64,000 nt of DNA. Source: Candidatus Poribacteria bacterium (lineage in GTDB: Bacteria; Poribacteria; WGA-4E; PCPOR2b). The notes under the pieces were generated by a model. It was not told where the DNA came from. It saw only the letters and a list, made by a program, of their open reading frames with translations, and searched no databases. The stretch is from the NCBI GenBank assembly GCA_965198175.1, contig OZ240245.1:1888001-1952000 (forward strand), read 5' to 3'. Made by a program: the position numbers and the translations under genes. This document shows positions 29,502-39,412 of the stretch, in pieces (the stretch's first letter is position 1; the number at the start of each line of letters is the position of its first letter).

Positions 29502-30380
29502 ATGAGGTTTATTTTCACAACATGTCAAAAATTGGGGGCGCTGCTGCTAATCACTATCCTCTGCACTTTGACGGTGTGGAGCGCCGAAATGACCTTCACC
29601 GCCATTCCGGACCAAGATACCACTCGGCTGCAGAAGCGTTTCGGAAAGATTGCCGATTACCTCTCGGATAAATTGGGGATTGCTGTAAAGTATATCCCCG
29701 TGAAATCTTACAGCGCCTCGGTTCAAGCCTTCAAGAACCACGAGGTTCAACTCGCTTGGTTTGGTGGGTTGTCAGGTGTTCAAGCCCGCATCGCGGTTCC
29801 GGAATCCGTCGCCATCGCTCAAGGTGCAGAGGATCCTGACTTCATCTCCTATTTCATCGCCAATACGAGCACAGGCTTATCGTTTTCCGAAGAATTCCCG
29901 AAAGCCATCAAGGACAAGACATTCACTTTCGGCTCTAAGGGCTCGACATCAGGCCGCCTCATGCCCGAGTATTTTATCCGAGAGGCGTTTGGAATGGCGC
30001 CTCGTGAGGTCTTCAAGCGTGTCGGCTTCAGCGGCGACCACTCCAAAACCCTTGCTCTGGTTCAAGCCGGCAGCTATGAAGTCGGCGCGATGAATTTCAA
30101 AGTCTGGCAGAAGGAGGTTGATGCGGGTAAAGTCGACCCGAACAAGGTGCAAGTAATCTGGCGTACCCCGCCTTACCCGGACTACAACTGGACAATTCGT
30201 GGTGATGTTGAAAAGACTTACGGTAAAGGGTTTATCAATAAAGTTCAGCAATCCCTCATCGAAATCACGGATCCAGCTATACTTGCCGCTTTTCCGAGAT
30301 CTAGCTTCATCCCTGCTGATAATTCGATGTACAAGACTATCCTCGACACCGCGATCGAAGTTGGGATCATAAGAAAATAA
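29502..30380 (+). CDS. PhnD-family (putative selenate/phosphonate) ABC substrate-binding protein
   Basis: Signal peptide; FTAIPDQD, LAWFGGLSGVQAR, FGSKGSTSGRLMP, GFSGDHS, YPDYNWT. Confidence 0.88.
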   Translation: MRFIFTTCQKLGALLLITILCTLTVWSAEMTFTAIPDQDTTRLQKRFGKIADYLSDKLGIAVKYIPVKSYSASVQAFKNHEVQLAWFGGLSGVQARIAVPESVAIAQGAEDPDFISYFIANTSTGLSFSEEFPKAIKDKTFTFGSKGSTSGRLMPEYFIREAFGMAPREVFKRVGFSGDHSKTLALVQAGSYEVGAMNFKVWQKEVDAGKVDPNKVQVIWRTPPYPDYNWTIRGDVEKTYGKGFINKVQQSLIEITDPAILAAFPRSSFIPADNSMYKTILDTAIEVGIIRK

Positions 30381-30390
30381 GTGAAGCCAT

Positions 30391-30420
30391 ATTGCTGGTT
30401 ACCAGCAATCCTGTTTTTTT
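30391..30420 (+). terminator. Possible intrinsic terminator
   Basis: ATTGCTGG-TTA-CCAGCAAT stem followed by CCTG and a T7 run. Confidence 0.5.
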
Positions 30421-30565
30421 GAATGTTAGATTCAGGGATTAGGGTTTCCGAGCGAAACACCAGTTCGAGTTGCAAGCAGAGAGGGGGGATACGATGACGT
30501 TTTCCATCGCCATATTAGTCATAAAGGTAGTCTTAGCGAATGTTGCAGGCGTCGAGGCAGATGCG

Positions 30566-31021
30566 ATGACGACATTCGATTCCAGAGTGGAAACACTGTG
30601 GACAAAGCCAAAGGGTATAGACGAATCTATACCATTCATTTATCACCTTTCCATTATAGATGATGCCGGTAAAGAGTACCGTTATGTCGGGAAAGCTAGA
30701 CATTACGGACGCCTCAGAGAATATAAGCGAAACATCCGCAGAATTCATGACCGGAAACCCCGTAGAACGACGCCCGGTCAAGAAGAATATCGGGCAGTTC
30801 ATTTTGTTCTCTACAAAGCAATCGAAAACGATTGGGACATCAATTTCTATATCATCAATCCTCTGAAAGCACCCTCAAATGATGTATTGAATGTAGTAGA
30901 AAACCAATTTATTGACAAGTTGAAATGCAACCTAAATAAACGCTATAACCCCAAAGCCGGCGGTTGGGCAATTGAAGACCTAGATAGGTTGAAAATCGAA
31001 GAATTCGTCCCAAATGATTGA
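30566..31021 (+). CDS. GIY-YIG-like nuclease
   Basis: FIY...YVGKA...RLREY pattern and a later E (VENQFI) and N (LN); start set at ATG 30566 (GAGG RBS); ORF track starts at 30470. Confidence 0.6.
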   Translation: MTTFDSRVETLWTKPKGIDESIPFIYHLSIIDDAGKEYRYVGKARHYGRLREYKRNIRRIHDRKPRRTTPGQEEYRAVHFVLYKAIENDWDINFYIINPLKAPSNDVLNVVENQFIDKLKCNLNKRYNPKAGGWAIEDLDRLKIEEFVPND

Positions 31022-31036
31022 CTCGGGGCGAGCGTT

Positions 31037-31195
31037 GTAGATTGAGTTGAACAGTAAGAGGCGAATCTCTATGAAGGCAACAATGGATGGAAGTTGGGTT
31101 TTACTACTGTTTGGGCGACTTTTAGCAGAATCGCAGCCCGAAAGCCAAGCCTAGTCATTGGTATTTTTCGCTGGTATCCGCTCAACCCAACTTAC
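31037..31195. repeat. Degenerate REP pair
   Basis: GTAGATTGAGTTGA at the left end and inverted TCAACCCAACTTAC at the right end. Confidence 0.5.
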
Positions 31196-31256
31196 GCGCT
31201 GCATCTGGCATCTGCAGATGACAGCGGATCTCATTTGTCGTTAGGAGGAAAGAATT

Positions 31257-32294
31257 ATGAATCCAGAGCAATCGACTCTCTTTCCAATTGCTGATGTCCA
31301 TCCCCCCGCAAGAGCAAAGCAAGGGAAAACGACAGAGCACCTAAAGAGACTAGATACGGATGTTGAACTCAGGAAATTACTACACCCGTATTGCCGACTG
31401 AATTACGGTGATATTTGGGAGGATTCAATAAGTGGCCACAGAGTTGGTGTGCTTGACGCGACAAATCAGGCAGATATCGATCTGATTATGGGAGGCGAGA
31501 AGACTGGTTTAATCATCAATGATCCACCCTATAACGTTGTAGTCGGAAATGCAAATACCGCCAATCTCTCAAAAGTTGACCTCGCCTCATATCTTGACTT
31601 CTCTAAAAGATGGCTTTCTAATGCGCTTCAAACCTCCAAGCCGGACACCCATCTTTACGTCTGGATTGGCGCTGACTATAAGGATGATTTTCAACCGCTT
31701 CCAGATTTTATGATTCTGATGAGGGGGTTTAGAGATTTTAGCCCAAGGAATTTCATCACGCTCCGGAATCAGCGAGGTTATGGCACACAAAAAAATTGGA
31801 TGTGGGTTCGGCAAGAATTGCTTCACTACGCGAAAGGTCGTCCCGATTTCACCGTGACTTATACGGACATTCCGAAGATTCTCCGAGGATATTACAAGGA
31901 GGTGGGTGGTAAAGCGATGGAGAATCTTGAAAGAAGTAAATCAGAAACCATACGCCCCGGTAATGTTTGGGTTGATGTCCAGCAAGTGTTTTACCGAATG
32001 GAGGAAAACGTCGCCGGTTGTTATGCCCAGAAGCCCCTGAAAGCGATTCAGCGAATCGTGCAAACAAGCAGTAAAGAAGACGATCTCATTGTTGATTATT
32101 TCTCCCATTCTGGAACAGTTCTAATTGCCGGAGAGCTTTATCGTCGGAGAGTTTACACTTTTGACATTGACCCTATCTTCGCGGAAATTACGATACGTCG
32201 CCTGGAGCATTACCGAAAAACAGGCAAAACTGGCTGGCAGTGGCATAATCCTTTTCCGGAAATCGAATCGGATTTACCGGATTTATCGGAATAA
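31257..32294 (+). CDS. Site-specific N4-C/N6-A DNA methyltransferase (beta-class motif order)
   Basis: Motif IV DPPY precedes QKP and motif I variant DYFSHSGT; AGGAGG RBS. Confidence 0.88.
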   Translation: MNPEQSTLFPIADVHPPARAKQGKTTEHLKRLDTDVELRKLLHPYCRLNYGDIWEDSISGHRVGVLDATNQADIDLIMGGEKTGLIINDPPYNVVVGNANTANLSKVDLASYLDFSKRWLSNALQTSKPDTHLYVWIGADYKDDFQPLPDFMILMRGFRDFSPRNFITLRNQRGYGTQKNWMWVRQELLHYAKGRPDFTVTYTDIPKILRGYYKEVGGKAMENLERSKSETIRPGNVWVDVQQVFYRMEENVAGCYAQKPLKAIQRIVQTSSKEDDLIVDYFSHSGTVLIAGELYRRRVYTFDIDPIFAEITIRRLEHYRKTGKTGWQWHNPFPEIESDLPDLSE

Positions 32295-32322
32295 CCTTCA
32301 ATCTTAGAAGGAATAATTAAAA

Positions 32323-35316
32323 ATGGAAACTACTCGGATACCAGAGGTAAACTTACGTCCCGGCGAACAACTGCACGGCTTTGAAGTAAAAGCCGTCACA
32401 CCGATTGACGAATTGCGGGCGGTGAACATTGCATTAACACATCAGCATAGCGGTGCTCGCCTGCTACATCTCTACACAAACGACACTGAAAATCTCTTCT
32501 CTATTAATTTCCCGACGCCGCCATCGGACGATACTGGCGTACCCCATATCCTTGAGCACGCGGTATTGGCAGGATCACACAAATTTCCGCTTAAAGAACC
32601 CTTTTTTGAAATGATTAAAATGAGCATGGCAACCTTTATTAACGCCATGACAAGTGCCGATTTTACCTGCTATCCGGTATCAAGCAATGTAAAAAAAGAT
32701 CTCTTCAACTTAGCAGAAGTCTATTTTGACGCGGTCTTTCATCCGTTATTGACGGAAAATACTTTCAAGCGTGAAGGACATCACCTCGCACCAGTCGATC
32801 CCGATATCCCCACTGGCGATCTAAAGATAACAGGTATTGTCTATAATGAGATGAAAGGGGCATTCTCAGATCCCGAAGCTCGGTTATACCGATCGGTGAT
32901 GTGTAAGCTCCTTCCTGATACGCTCTACGCCTACGAATCTGGTGGTGATCCAGATGCCATTCCGGATTTGACATACGAGCAGCTCAAAGGGTTCCATGAA
33001 ACCTATTATCACCCAAGCAACGGCTATTTTGTCCTCTACGGCGACATTCCAACGAGCGATTATCTTGCCTTCCTTGCTGATAAGTTAGATAACATCCCGA
33101 AAAACGCTGCGAGTGATGCCTTGCGTCCATTGCGACCGGAGGTCACACACCAACCGAAGTGGAATGCTCCGCGGGTTGTAACGGATAGCTATCCTGTCGG
33201 GGCGGATGAGCCGCTTACGGAAAAGACGTATCTCATGCTCAGTTGGATTATCGGGGATGCGACGAACCCAGAAGAGGTTGTCTTGGGTCGAATCTTGAGT
33301 CTCATTTTGTTCGGCAATGAAGCTGCACCTCTCCGTAAGGCGATTATCGATTCCAAACTCGGTGCCGACATTGTATTTTCCGGTGCCAGTTCTATTGGAC
33401 CCGCAGCCACTTTTGACATCGCACTCAAGGGGAGTGAAGCGGATCGGGTTGAAGCGTTTACGCAACTGGTCAACGACACCCTAACACAGATTGCAGATTC
33501 AGAAATTGTTAGCGAAAAGGTGGAAGCAGCATTTCAACAAGCGACCTATCACTGTCAAGAGGTCGCGTCAATGTTCCCGCTCCGTATGCTCTACCGTGTC
33601 ATCCAAGGCTGGATATATGAAAAGGATCCCGATACCTTCCTGAAGATGGGGCAAAGCCTCGCTGATGTGCGTGAACAGTGGCTGGAAAATCCATCAATTT
33701 TCAGCCAATTGATCCGAGAAAGATTTATTGAGAACCCACATCGTCTGACAAATATACTATCTCCTGATCGGGACATGCAAGCACAAGCGGACACTGAACT
33801 CACCGAACGGATGAAGGAGACGCGGGCACAGTTGACTGATGACGAAGTACAGCGAATTGCCGCTGATGCTGCCGAACTTGAACGCCTTAATGGCGTCCCT
33901 AATTCGCAAGAAGCACTCGCAAACCTGCCACAACTCCAAGTCAGCGATCTCCCTGAAAAACCGAAACATATTCCTACAACGGTTGAAAATGTGAGTGGTC
34001 AGGATCTGTTCCGCAACGATGTTTTTGCCAACGGTGTTAACTACCTCGTGCTGAACTTCGATCTGCAAGGGTTGCCGGAGCATCTCTGGACTTATCTACC
34101 CAGATATGCAGATGCTATTAGCAAACTCGGTGCTGCTGAAATGAGCTATGAAGAGATGGCACAGCGAACATCGGCAGTCACCGGTGGTATTGGATGCGCA
34201 CCGTGGTTTTCTACACAGGCTCTTGATCCTAATCGTTCCATGCAGGGTCTGTCCTTTCACCTTAAAGCACTTGATAACAAAATGGATGCCGCGCTGGATG
34301 TTCTGCACGATCTACTTTTTGCAGTGAACCCACGCGACACGGAACGTCTCCGAGATGTCTTGGTTCAAGCCGTTGCGAATTATCAGACAGAGATGATCCA
34401 TGACGGCTCAAGTACCGCGATTCATCACGCTTCACGCGGCCTCTCACCGAACGGGCATCTTGCGGAAACCATCTACGGTCTACCACAGCTCCGCAATAGC
34501 GAAACGTCTCTTAACAGTTTTGACGAACTTAGCACCGACCTAATGGGTCACATCGAAGGGATTCGTGATTTCTTGCTAACACGTGGACGGGTGACCGCCA
34601 GTTTCACCGGTTCCGATACCGATTTTGAAACAATGCGAACAAAACTCAATGGGTGGCTTGACGCGATGCAGGATGAACCTGTTACTTCAGGATCAATTAC
34701 ATTCCTCCCGTTTGGGACACCACCGCGAGAAGGGTTAGCTGGTCCCATTCAGATTGCGCACTGTGCACACGTGATGCCGGCACCACACTATTCGCATCCG
34801 GATTCAGCACTGCTGACAATCGGTGCGCATCTCATCCGACTCGATTACATACTGAGCGAGATCCGTTTTAAAGGTAATGCTTACGGTGCGAGGTTCACCT
34901 ACAGTCCGTATGATGCATTGCTGTCTCAATCATCGTATCGTGACCCACACGTCGCACGCACGGTCAATGTCTTCGATCAAACCGTTGACTATATTAAACA
35001 GGTGGAATGGACACAGATAGACATAGACCGAGCGATTATCGCTACGGCGAAAGACGGCGAGAAACCGATCCGTCCTAGTCAAGCTTCAAGCGACGCACTG
35101 AGGCAACATCTTGTTGGGCAAACACGCGAGATGCGAGAGGAACGCTATGCGCAACTCCGACGTGCCACCCCTGCTGGGGTGAATCGTGCATTGCTCCAAC
35201 TCTTGGAGGAAAACGGAGATAAAGCTGCGGTGTGTGTCGTTTCGAGCCGTGAGAAATTGGAAGCTGCGAACAACGAATTGGCGCAACCTCTCGTCATTGA
35301 GGACATTTTAGCCTAA
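32323..35316 (+). CDS. M16C metallopeptidase (presequence protease/insulinase family)
   Basis: GVPHILEHAVLAGS (HxxEH), FINAMT, GIVYNEMKG, SGGDP, IRFKGNAYG, SYRDP. Confidence 0.93.
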   Translation: METTRIPEVNLRPGEQLHGFEVKAVTPIDELRAVNIALTHQHSGARLLHLYTNDTENLFSINFPTPPSDDTGVPHILEHAVLAGSHKFPLKEPFFEMIKMSMATFINAMTSADFTCYPVSSNVKKDLFNLAEVYFDAVFHPLLTENTFKREGHHLAPVDPDIPTGDLKITGIVYNEMKGAFSDPEARLYRSVMCKLLPDTLYAYESGGDPDAIPDLTYEQLKGFHETYYHPSNGYFVLYGDIPTSDYLAFLADKLDNIPKNAASDALRPLRPEVTHQPKWNAPRVVTDSYPVGADEPLTEKTYLMLSWIIGDATNPEEVVLGRILSLILFGNEAAPLRKAIIDSKLGADIVFSGASSIGPAATFDIALKGSEADRVEAFTQLVNDTLTQIADSEIVSEKVEAAFQQATYHCQEVASMFPLRMLYRVIQGWIYEKDPDTFLKMGQSLADVREQWLENPSIFSQLIRERFIENPHRLTNILSPDRDMQAQADTELTERMKETRAQLTDDEVQRIAADAAELERLNGVPNSQEALANLPQLQVSDLPEKPKHIPTTVENVSGQDLFRNDVFANGVNYLVLNFDLQGLPEHLWTYLPRYADAISKLGAAEMSYEEMAQRTSAVTGGIGCAPWFSTQALDPNRSMQGLSFHLKALDNKMDAALDVLHDLLFAVNPRDTERLRDVLVQAVANYQTEMIHDGSSTAIHHASRGLSPNGHLAETIYGLPQLRNSETSLNSFDELSTDLMGHIEGIRDFLLTRGRVTASFTGSDTDFETMRTKLNGWLDAMQDEPVTSGSITFLPFGTPPREGLAGPIQIAHCAHVMPAPHYSHPDSALLTIGAHLIRLDYILSEIRFKGNAYGARFTYSPYDALLSQSSYRDPHVARTVNVFDQTVDYIKQVEWTQIDIDRAIIATAKDGEKPIRPSQASSDALRQHLVGQTREMREERYAQLRRATPAGVNRALLQLLEENGDKAAVCVVSSREKLEAANNELAQPLVIEDILA

Positions 35317-35345
35317 ACCTGTTTATGCAAGCATACCTTCGCTTG

Positions 35346-35369
35346 GTAGGTGCGGTTTAAAACCGCGCC
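35346..35369 (+). repeat. Single GTAG REP of the same family as the MITE core
   Basis: GTAGGTGCGGTTTAAAACCGCGCC. Confidence 0.7.
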
Positions 35370-35389
35370 GCCTTTAAATTAGAAAATAA

Positions 35390-36121
35390 ATGGAATTAAA
35401 TCGGACTTTGAAAATGAACCAAGAAGAATTACGCGCTTACCTTGAGCGTCTTATTGATGGTTTGGAGCGCGGAAATCAAGAATTGCTGCGAGTTCGGTTG
35501 GAGAGTCTTGTATCCGTTTTTCCCTTCAGTGAGTACGAGTATATAATCACCTTTCTTGTCGATCGCCACGTAATTTCATTCAACGAATATGAAGCACTCC
35601 GCGACAATTATGTATCTGCAAACCGTTATCTAGACCTTTTCAGTTTAGCTCCAAGGGTTTTCGGTCAAATTTGGGGTGAAAAGCACCTCATGGATCTTGA
35701 TGGAAGGTTCCAGAAACCAGGCAAGAATCTTGATCCTCAATACGAGGGGCAGTATGACCTCTGGCTTGAAGGAATTCGAGTTGAAGTCAAAGCCGCGCGA
35801 GCCATCCATACCAAAAAGCGTGGTGCTATGGCGTCTAAAGCACTTAACTGGGGCGCAGAAGCTCCTTTTTGGATGAATTATCAACAGCTAAGACTTGATA
35901 TTTGTGATGTTTTCGCCTTTATTGGTGTTTGGGTTGATTTAATCGTCTATTGGGTAATGTCCAACGAAGAAGTGAAGCAAAATAACTATCTCAGCCATCA
36001 ACATCGGGGTGGAATTGAGTATCAGATTGGTATCAGAAACAAAAATATCCAAGAATTCGATGCCTTTAAGGTTGATGCAACAGCATTGGCGCAAGCCGTC
36101 ATTAATAAAGCGAATAACTGA
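35390..36121 (+). CDS. Putative type II restriction endonuclease (PD-(D/E)XK)
   Basis: YD...EVK catalytic-like pattern (GQYDLWLEGIRVEVKAAR), MNYQQ, QHRG; near a DNA methyltransferase. Confidence 0.65.
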   Translation: MELNRTLKMNQEELRAYLERLIDGLERGNQELLRVRLESLVSVFPFSEYEYIITFLVDRHVISFNEYEALRDNYVSANRYLDLFSLAPRVFGQIWGEKHLMDLDGRFQKPGKNLDPQYEGQYDLWLEGIRVEVKAARAIHTKKRGAMASKALNWGAEAPFWMNYQQLRLDICDVFAFIGVWVDLIVYWVMSNEEVKQNNYLSHQHRGGIEYQIGIRNKNIQEFDAFKVDATALAQAVINKANN

Positions 36122-36224
36122 AGCATTGATACTCAGTTGATTTATACGTCATCTAGAGTTGCTTCTACAAGACAAAATTCTGTCGACTCGAGAGCGATGC
36201 AGAAAGGATTGGCATACTAAAATT

Positions 36225-37460
36225 ATGGTCAAGAACAATTGTCTGTTCTCGGAAACTGACTGGTTCGCAGTTGAGGCACATCGGCACAAAGAGTTGGAGA
36301 AGGAGGTAGCTGATATAGACGGAAATCGGTTACTCAATACATCTGTGGATGACCTTTGTGGGTATCTTGTCGAAAAGTACCGAATTGATGTCCCCATCCT
36401 CAATAAGGATAGGATTCACGTGGACCAGCGCGAAACACAGATCGACGTCAGTAGAGACCCAATGCGCGCCATTTCCGATCGAAGTCGACCATTTTACATC
36501 CCCGGTACCGAAATTGAAATCACTGTGGCATTCATAGGCGATGCCGAAGTATTCAGGTTTCGGCTACCAGCCTATGAACTCAATCCATCTCCACCACGTG
36601 GTAACGTCAAAGGTATGACTATTACCTTCTTTATTACCGGCGCGGATCTCGTAGCTAACGATGTGCGCCGGGAAATTGATAATACAGTGGATAGAATCGA
36701 CAGTCACCTGACACGCCTTCGTGGGAAGGTGGACATATTCGACAATAAGCTTGACTCGATCGTACGCCGATGTATTGAGCAGCGTCGCGAGAAACTCTTG
36801 GCGAACCAAAACCTCGTTGAGTCTCTGGGGTTCCCGCTAAGAGAACGCAATGATTCACCGAAAACATATCAAGCACCCGAAGTCCGTCGGAAGATTAATC
36901 CGACACTGCCCCTCGCAAGTTCAATGCCGTACAAACCGGAACCAACCCTTGATGAAGTAAATTACAAACACATCCTTGAAGTCATTGAAAACATGGCTCA
37001 AGTAATGGAATACAGCCCTTCAGCCTTCTCGGCAATGCCTGAAGAGACTTTGCGATGGCATTTCGTGGTTCAACTCAATGGACACTACGAAGGGCAGGCA
37101 ACTGCCGAAACATTCAATTACGAAGGAAAAACAGACATTTTGATTCGCTCTCAAGGGAAGAATATTTTCATTGCTGAATGTAAATATTGGGATGGCTCTA
37201 AAAAATTTATATATGCAATCGATCAACTTTTGAGTTATAGTTCTTGGCGCGATACCAAAGTGGCCATAATAATTTTCAATCGGCACAAGGAATTCACTAA
37301 GGTATTGGAGACCATAAAATTAACGACAAAAGCCCATCCGAACTGCAAACGAGAGCTGGACAAACGATCTGAGACCTCCTTCCGTTTTATCTTTTCACAC
37401 CGTGACGACACAAATCGAGAGCTTACAATTACCACAGTGGCATTTGATGTCCCAAAATGA
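36225..37460 (+). CDS. Hypothetical protein with C-terminal PD-(D/E)XK nuclease-like domain
   Basis: EETLR...GKTDILI...IAECKYW...DQLLSY; start set at ATG 36225; ORF track starts at 36159. Confidence 0.6.
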   Translation: MVKNNCLFSETDWFAVEAHRHKELEKEVADIDGNRLLNTSVDDLCGYLVEKYRIDVPILNKDRIHVDQRETQIDVSRDPMRAISDRSRPFYIPGTEIEITVAFIGDAEVFRFRLPAYELNPSPPRGNVKGMTITFFITGADLVANDVRREIDNTVDRIDSHLTRLRGKVDIFDNKLDSIVRRCIEQRREKLLANQNLVESLGFPLRERNDSPKTYQAPEVRRKINPTLPLASSMPYKPEPTLDEVNYKHILEVIENMAQVMEYSPSAFSAMPEETLRWHFVVQLNGHYEGQATAETFNYEGKTDILIRSQGKNIFIAECKYWDGSKKFIYAIDQLLSYSSWRDTKVAIIIFNRHKEFTKVLETIKLTTKAHPNCKRELDKRSETSFRFIFSHRDDTNRELTITTVAFDVPK

Positions 37461-37559
37461 CCTCATTCGCCGTTAGGTTATTTGACGCCGGTTGAATTTG
37501 AGAAACAATACTTGTCTTAATTTTGCTTATTTCTAGTCTAAATTACCGTTGACACTTCA
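37461..37559 (+). mobile_element. IS3-family remnant: transposase C-terminus and right end
   Basis: Translates PHSPLGYLTPVEFEKQYLS*, a typical OrfB terminus, then an IR-like end ...GTCTAAATTACCGTTGACACTTCA ending in CA. Confidence 0.75.
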
Positions 37560-37678
37560 AATTGCCTCCGAAAAATGCGTAAAACCTGCATCAACGTTGC
37601 TTTGCAACAACGGGTGGCAATACACGTCGGTGGAGACATCAGATTAAAGGGATTATAGTGAAAAGGAGGAATTTCGTC

Positions 37679-37879
37679 ATGCAAGCTGTGCAAGAACTTC
37701 AATCAGCCGTTTCCCAACTTTCGGCAGAGGAACTTGCCCGTTTCAAGGCATGGTTTGATGAATACGATGCCGAAGTTTGGGATGGGCAGTTTGAAAAGGA
37801 TGTGGAATCAGGAAAGGTAGATCGACTTGCAAACCGTGCAATTGCAGATTTTCGGGCAGGGAAGCGCAAACAATTATGA
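37679..37879 (+). CDS. Putative antitoxin, copy 1
   Basis: 66 aa, LSAEELARFKAWF...WDGQFEKDVESGKVD; ATGA overlap with a ParE/RelE-like gene; AGGAGG RBS. Confidence 0.7.
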   Translation: MQAVQELQSAVSQLSAEELARFKAWFDEYDAEVWDGQFEKDVESGKVDRLANRAIADFRAGKRKQL

Positions 37880-38040
37880 ATCACTTCGCAGACCTTTCAT
37901 TTTGGGAGTGTTATCGAAAACTCCCGCAAAATATTCAAGAACTGGTAGATGAAAATTTCAGACGCCTAAAGCGAGACTCGACACATTTATCCTTGCATTT
38001 GAAGAAATTCGGACGGTATTGGTCCGCATGCAAAATTTGA
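37876..38040 (+). pseudogene. Truncated ParE/RelE-like toxin, copy 1
   Basis: MNHFADLSFWECYRKLP...HLSLHLKKFGRYWSACKI*; 54 aa, ends just after YWS and lacks the usual C-terminal part. Confidence 0.65.
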
Positions 38041-38081
38041 TAGCTTCGAAAGCTAGTATAAATGATGGGAGACCAAACAAA

Positions 38082-39143
38082 ATGAACGAATTTGGCGAAT
38101 TGAAAAAAGTGCCACTGCGTGGAATATGGTCGCATGAGGCACACGACTTCACGCCGTGGCTGGCAGAAAATATAGAAGCGTTGGGAGTTGCACTCGGACT
38201 AGAGCTTGAACTCACCGGCAGAGAAGCATCGGTTGGCGGATTCTCTGCCGATTTGCTCGCCAAAGACTTGAATAGTTCGCGAACGGTCGTCATTGAGAAC
38301 CAACTATCCCAAACCGATCACGACCATCTCGGCAAACTCCCCACCTATGCTGCTGGATTCGATGCTTCAATCGTCATTTGGATTTTTGAGGAGATTCGGG
38401 ATGAACACCGTCAAGCATTGGAATGGCTAAATGAAAGAACGAATACAGAGACACACTTTTTTGGTGTCGAGGTGGAAATTCTGAAAATCGACGATTCAAA
38501 ACCTGCGGTTAACTTCAAACCAATCGTATTTCCAAATGAATGGCAGAAGTCTAAACGGCAGCAAATTTCAACGAACATATCACCTAAAGATGAGAAGTAT
38601 CAATCATATTTTCAATTCCATTACCCTACGTTGGCAATCGAATCCGTCGTGGTATCATCTAAAGATGAGGGGTATCAATCATATTTTCAAGGGCTCATTT
38701 GTTATTTAGAGGCAAAAGGCATATTAACCGGCGGTCACGCTGGTAGATCGAAGAATCGATACTCCTTTCCGTCCCGCATTAGCAATCCAGGCATTCCAAA
38801 GATCAGTTACCGAGTTGCCTTTCCAAAGGTTGGTAAGGTGTCCAAGGCATCCGCAAGCATATACATCGAAGGGGAAGACAAGAACCTCCTTTTTGATGCT
38901 TTAGGAAGTCGGAAAGCGGAAATCACATCCAAATTTGGGGGGCAACTTGAATGGGAATGCCTTGACGAGAGGAAACACGCAACAATTTCTGTTTATCGTG
39001 ATGGTGGCATTGGGTCGTCTGATAGTGAATTAGAAGAAATCAGAGAATGGCACATTGAAAATTTGTTAAAATTAAAAGAGGTGTTTACGCCGGAGATAGA
39101 GCGTGCATTGGAAGAAATAGGATTGACATCGGTGCCACAGTAG
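38082..39143 (+). CDS. NucS-like endonuclease domain plus DUF4268 protein
   Basis: WSHEAHDFTPWL, ADLLAKD, VIENQL..TDHDHLGK, YAAG; C-terminal LEWE; start set at ATG 38082. Confidence 0.8.
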   Translation: MNEFGELKKVPLRGIWSHEAHDFTPWLAENIEALGVALGLELELTGREASVGGFSADLLAKDLNSSRTVVIENQLSQTDHDHLGKLPTYAAGFDASIVIWIFEEIRDEHRQALEWLNERTNTETHFFGVEVEILKIDDSKPAVNFKPIVFPNEWQKSKRQQISTNISPKDEKYQSYFQFHYPTLAIESVVVSSKDEGYQSYFQGLICYLEAKGILTGGHAGRSKNRYSFPSRISNPGIPKISYRVAFPKVGKVSKASASIYIEGEDKNLLFDALGSRKAEITSKFGGQLEWECLDERKHATISVYRDGGIGSSDSELEEIREWHIENLLKLKEVFTPEIERALEEIGLTSVPQ

Positions 39144-39187
39144 AGAGTGCCAAATTGGTGGAGTATCGGATAGTGTATGTGGTGAAT

Positions 39188-39312
39188 CTTGAAATAAACT
39201 GAGACTTGTGTTAAGATTTCAAGTAGATGAGGAGCCGCTGTTTTCGTCTGGTTTGGCTTCGAAGCGTTGGATTTCATCTCAGATTATCTTGTGCGGCGTG
39301 AATTGTCACGCC
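39188..39312 (+). promoter_or_regulatory. Promoter plus putative structured RNA leader, copy 1
   Basis: TTGAAA-N17-TAAGAT with TG extension, inside CTTGAAAT-N20-ATTTCAAG; then two hairpins; 114/125 identical to 40732-40856 by manual count. Confidence 0.65.
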
Positions 39313-39412
39313 TGCCAACTGTTGTCCCTTTCTCACACCTACCGCACATGGAATCCACTCACAAAAAAAAGAGTCACTTCATTTCACCCGCTATAAGAAG
39401 GAGGTAATCGAA

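Noticed and set aside
39222..39312. Known riboswitch, SRP RNA or tRNA identity for the repeated leader
   Set aside because: No hallmark motifs of purine, SAM, TPP, cobalamin or c-di-GMP riboswitches, SRP or tRNA were recognised by eye
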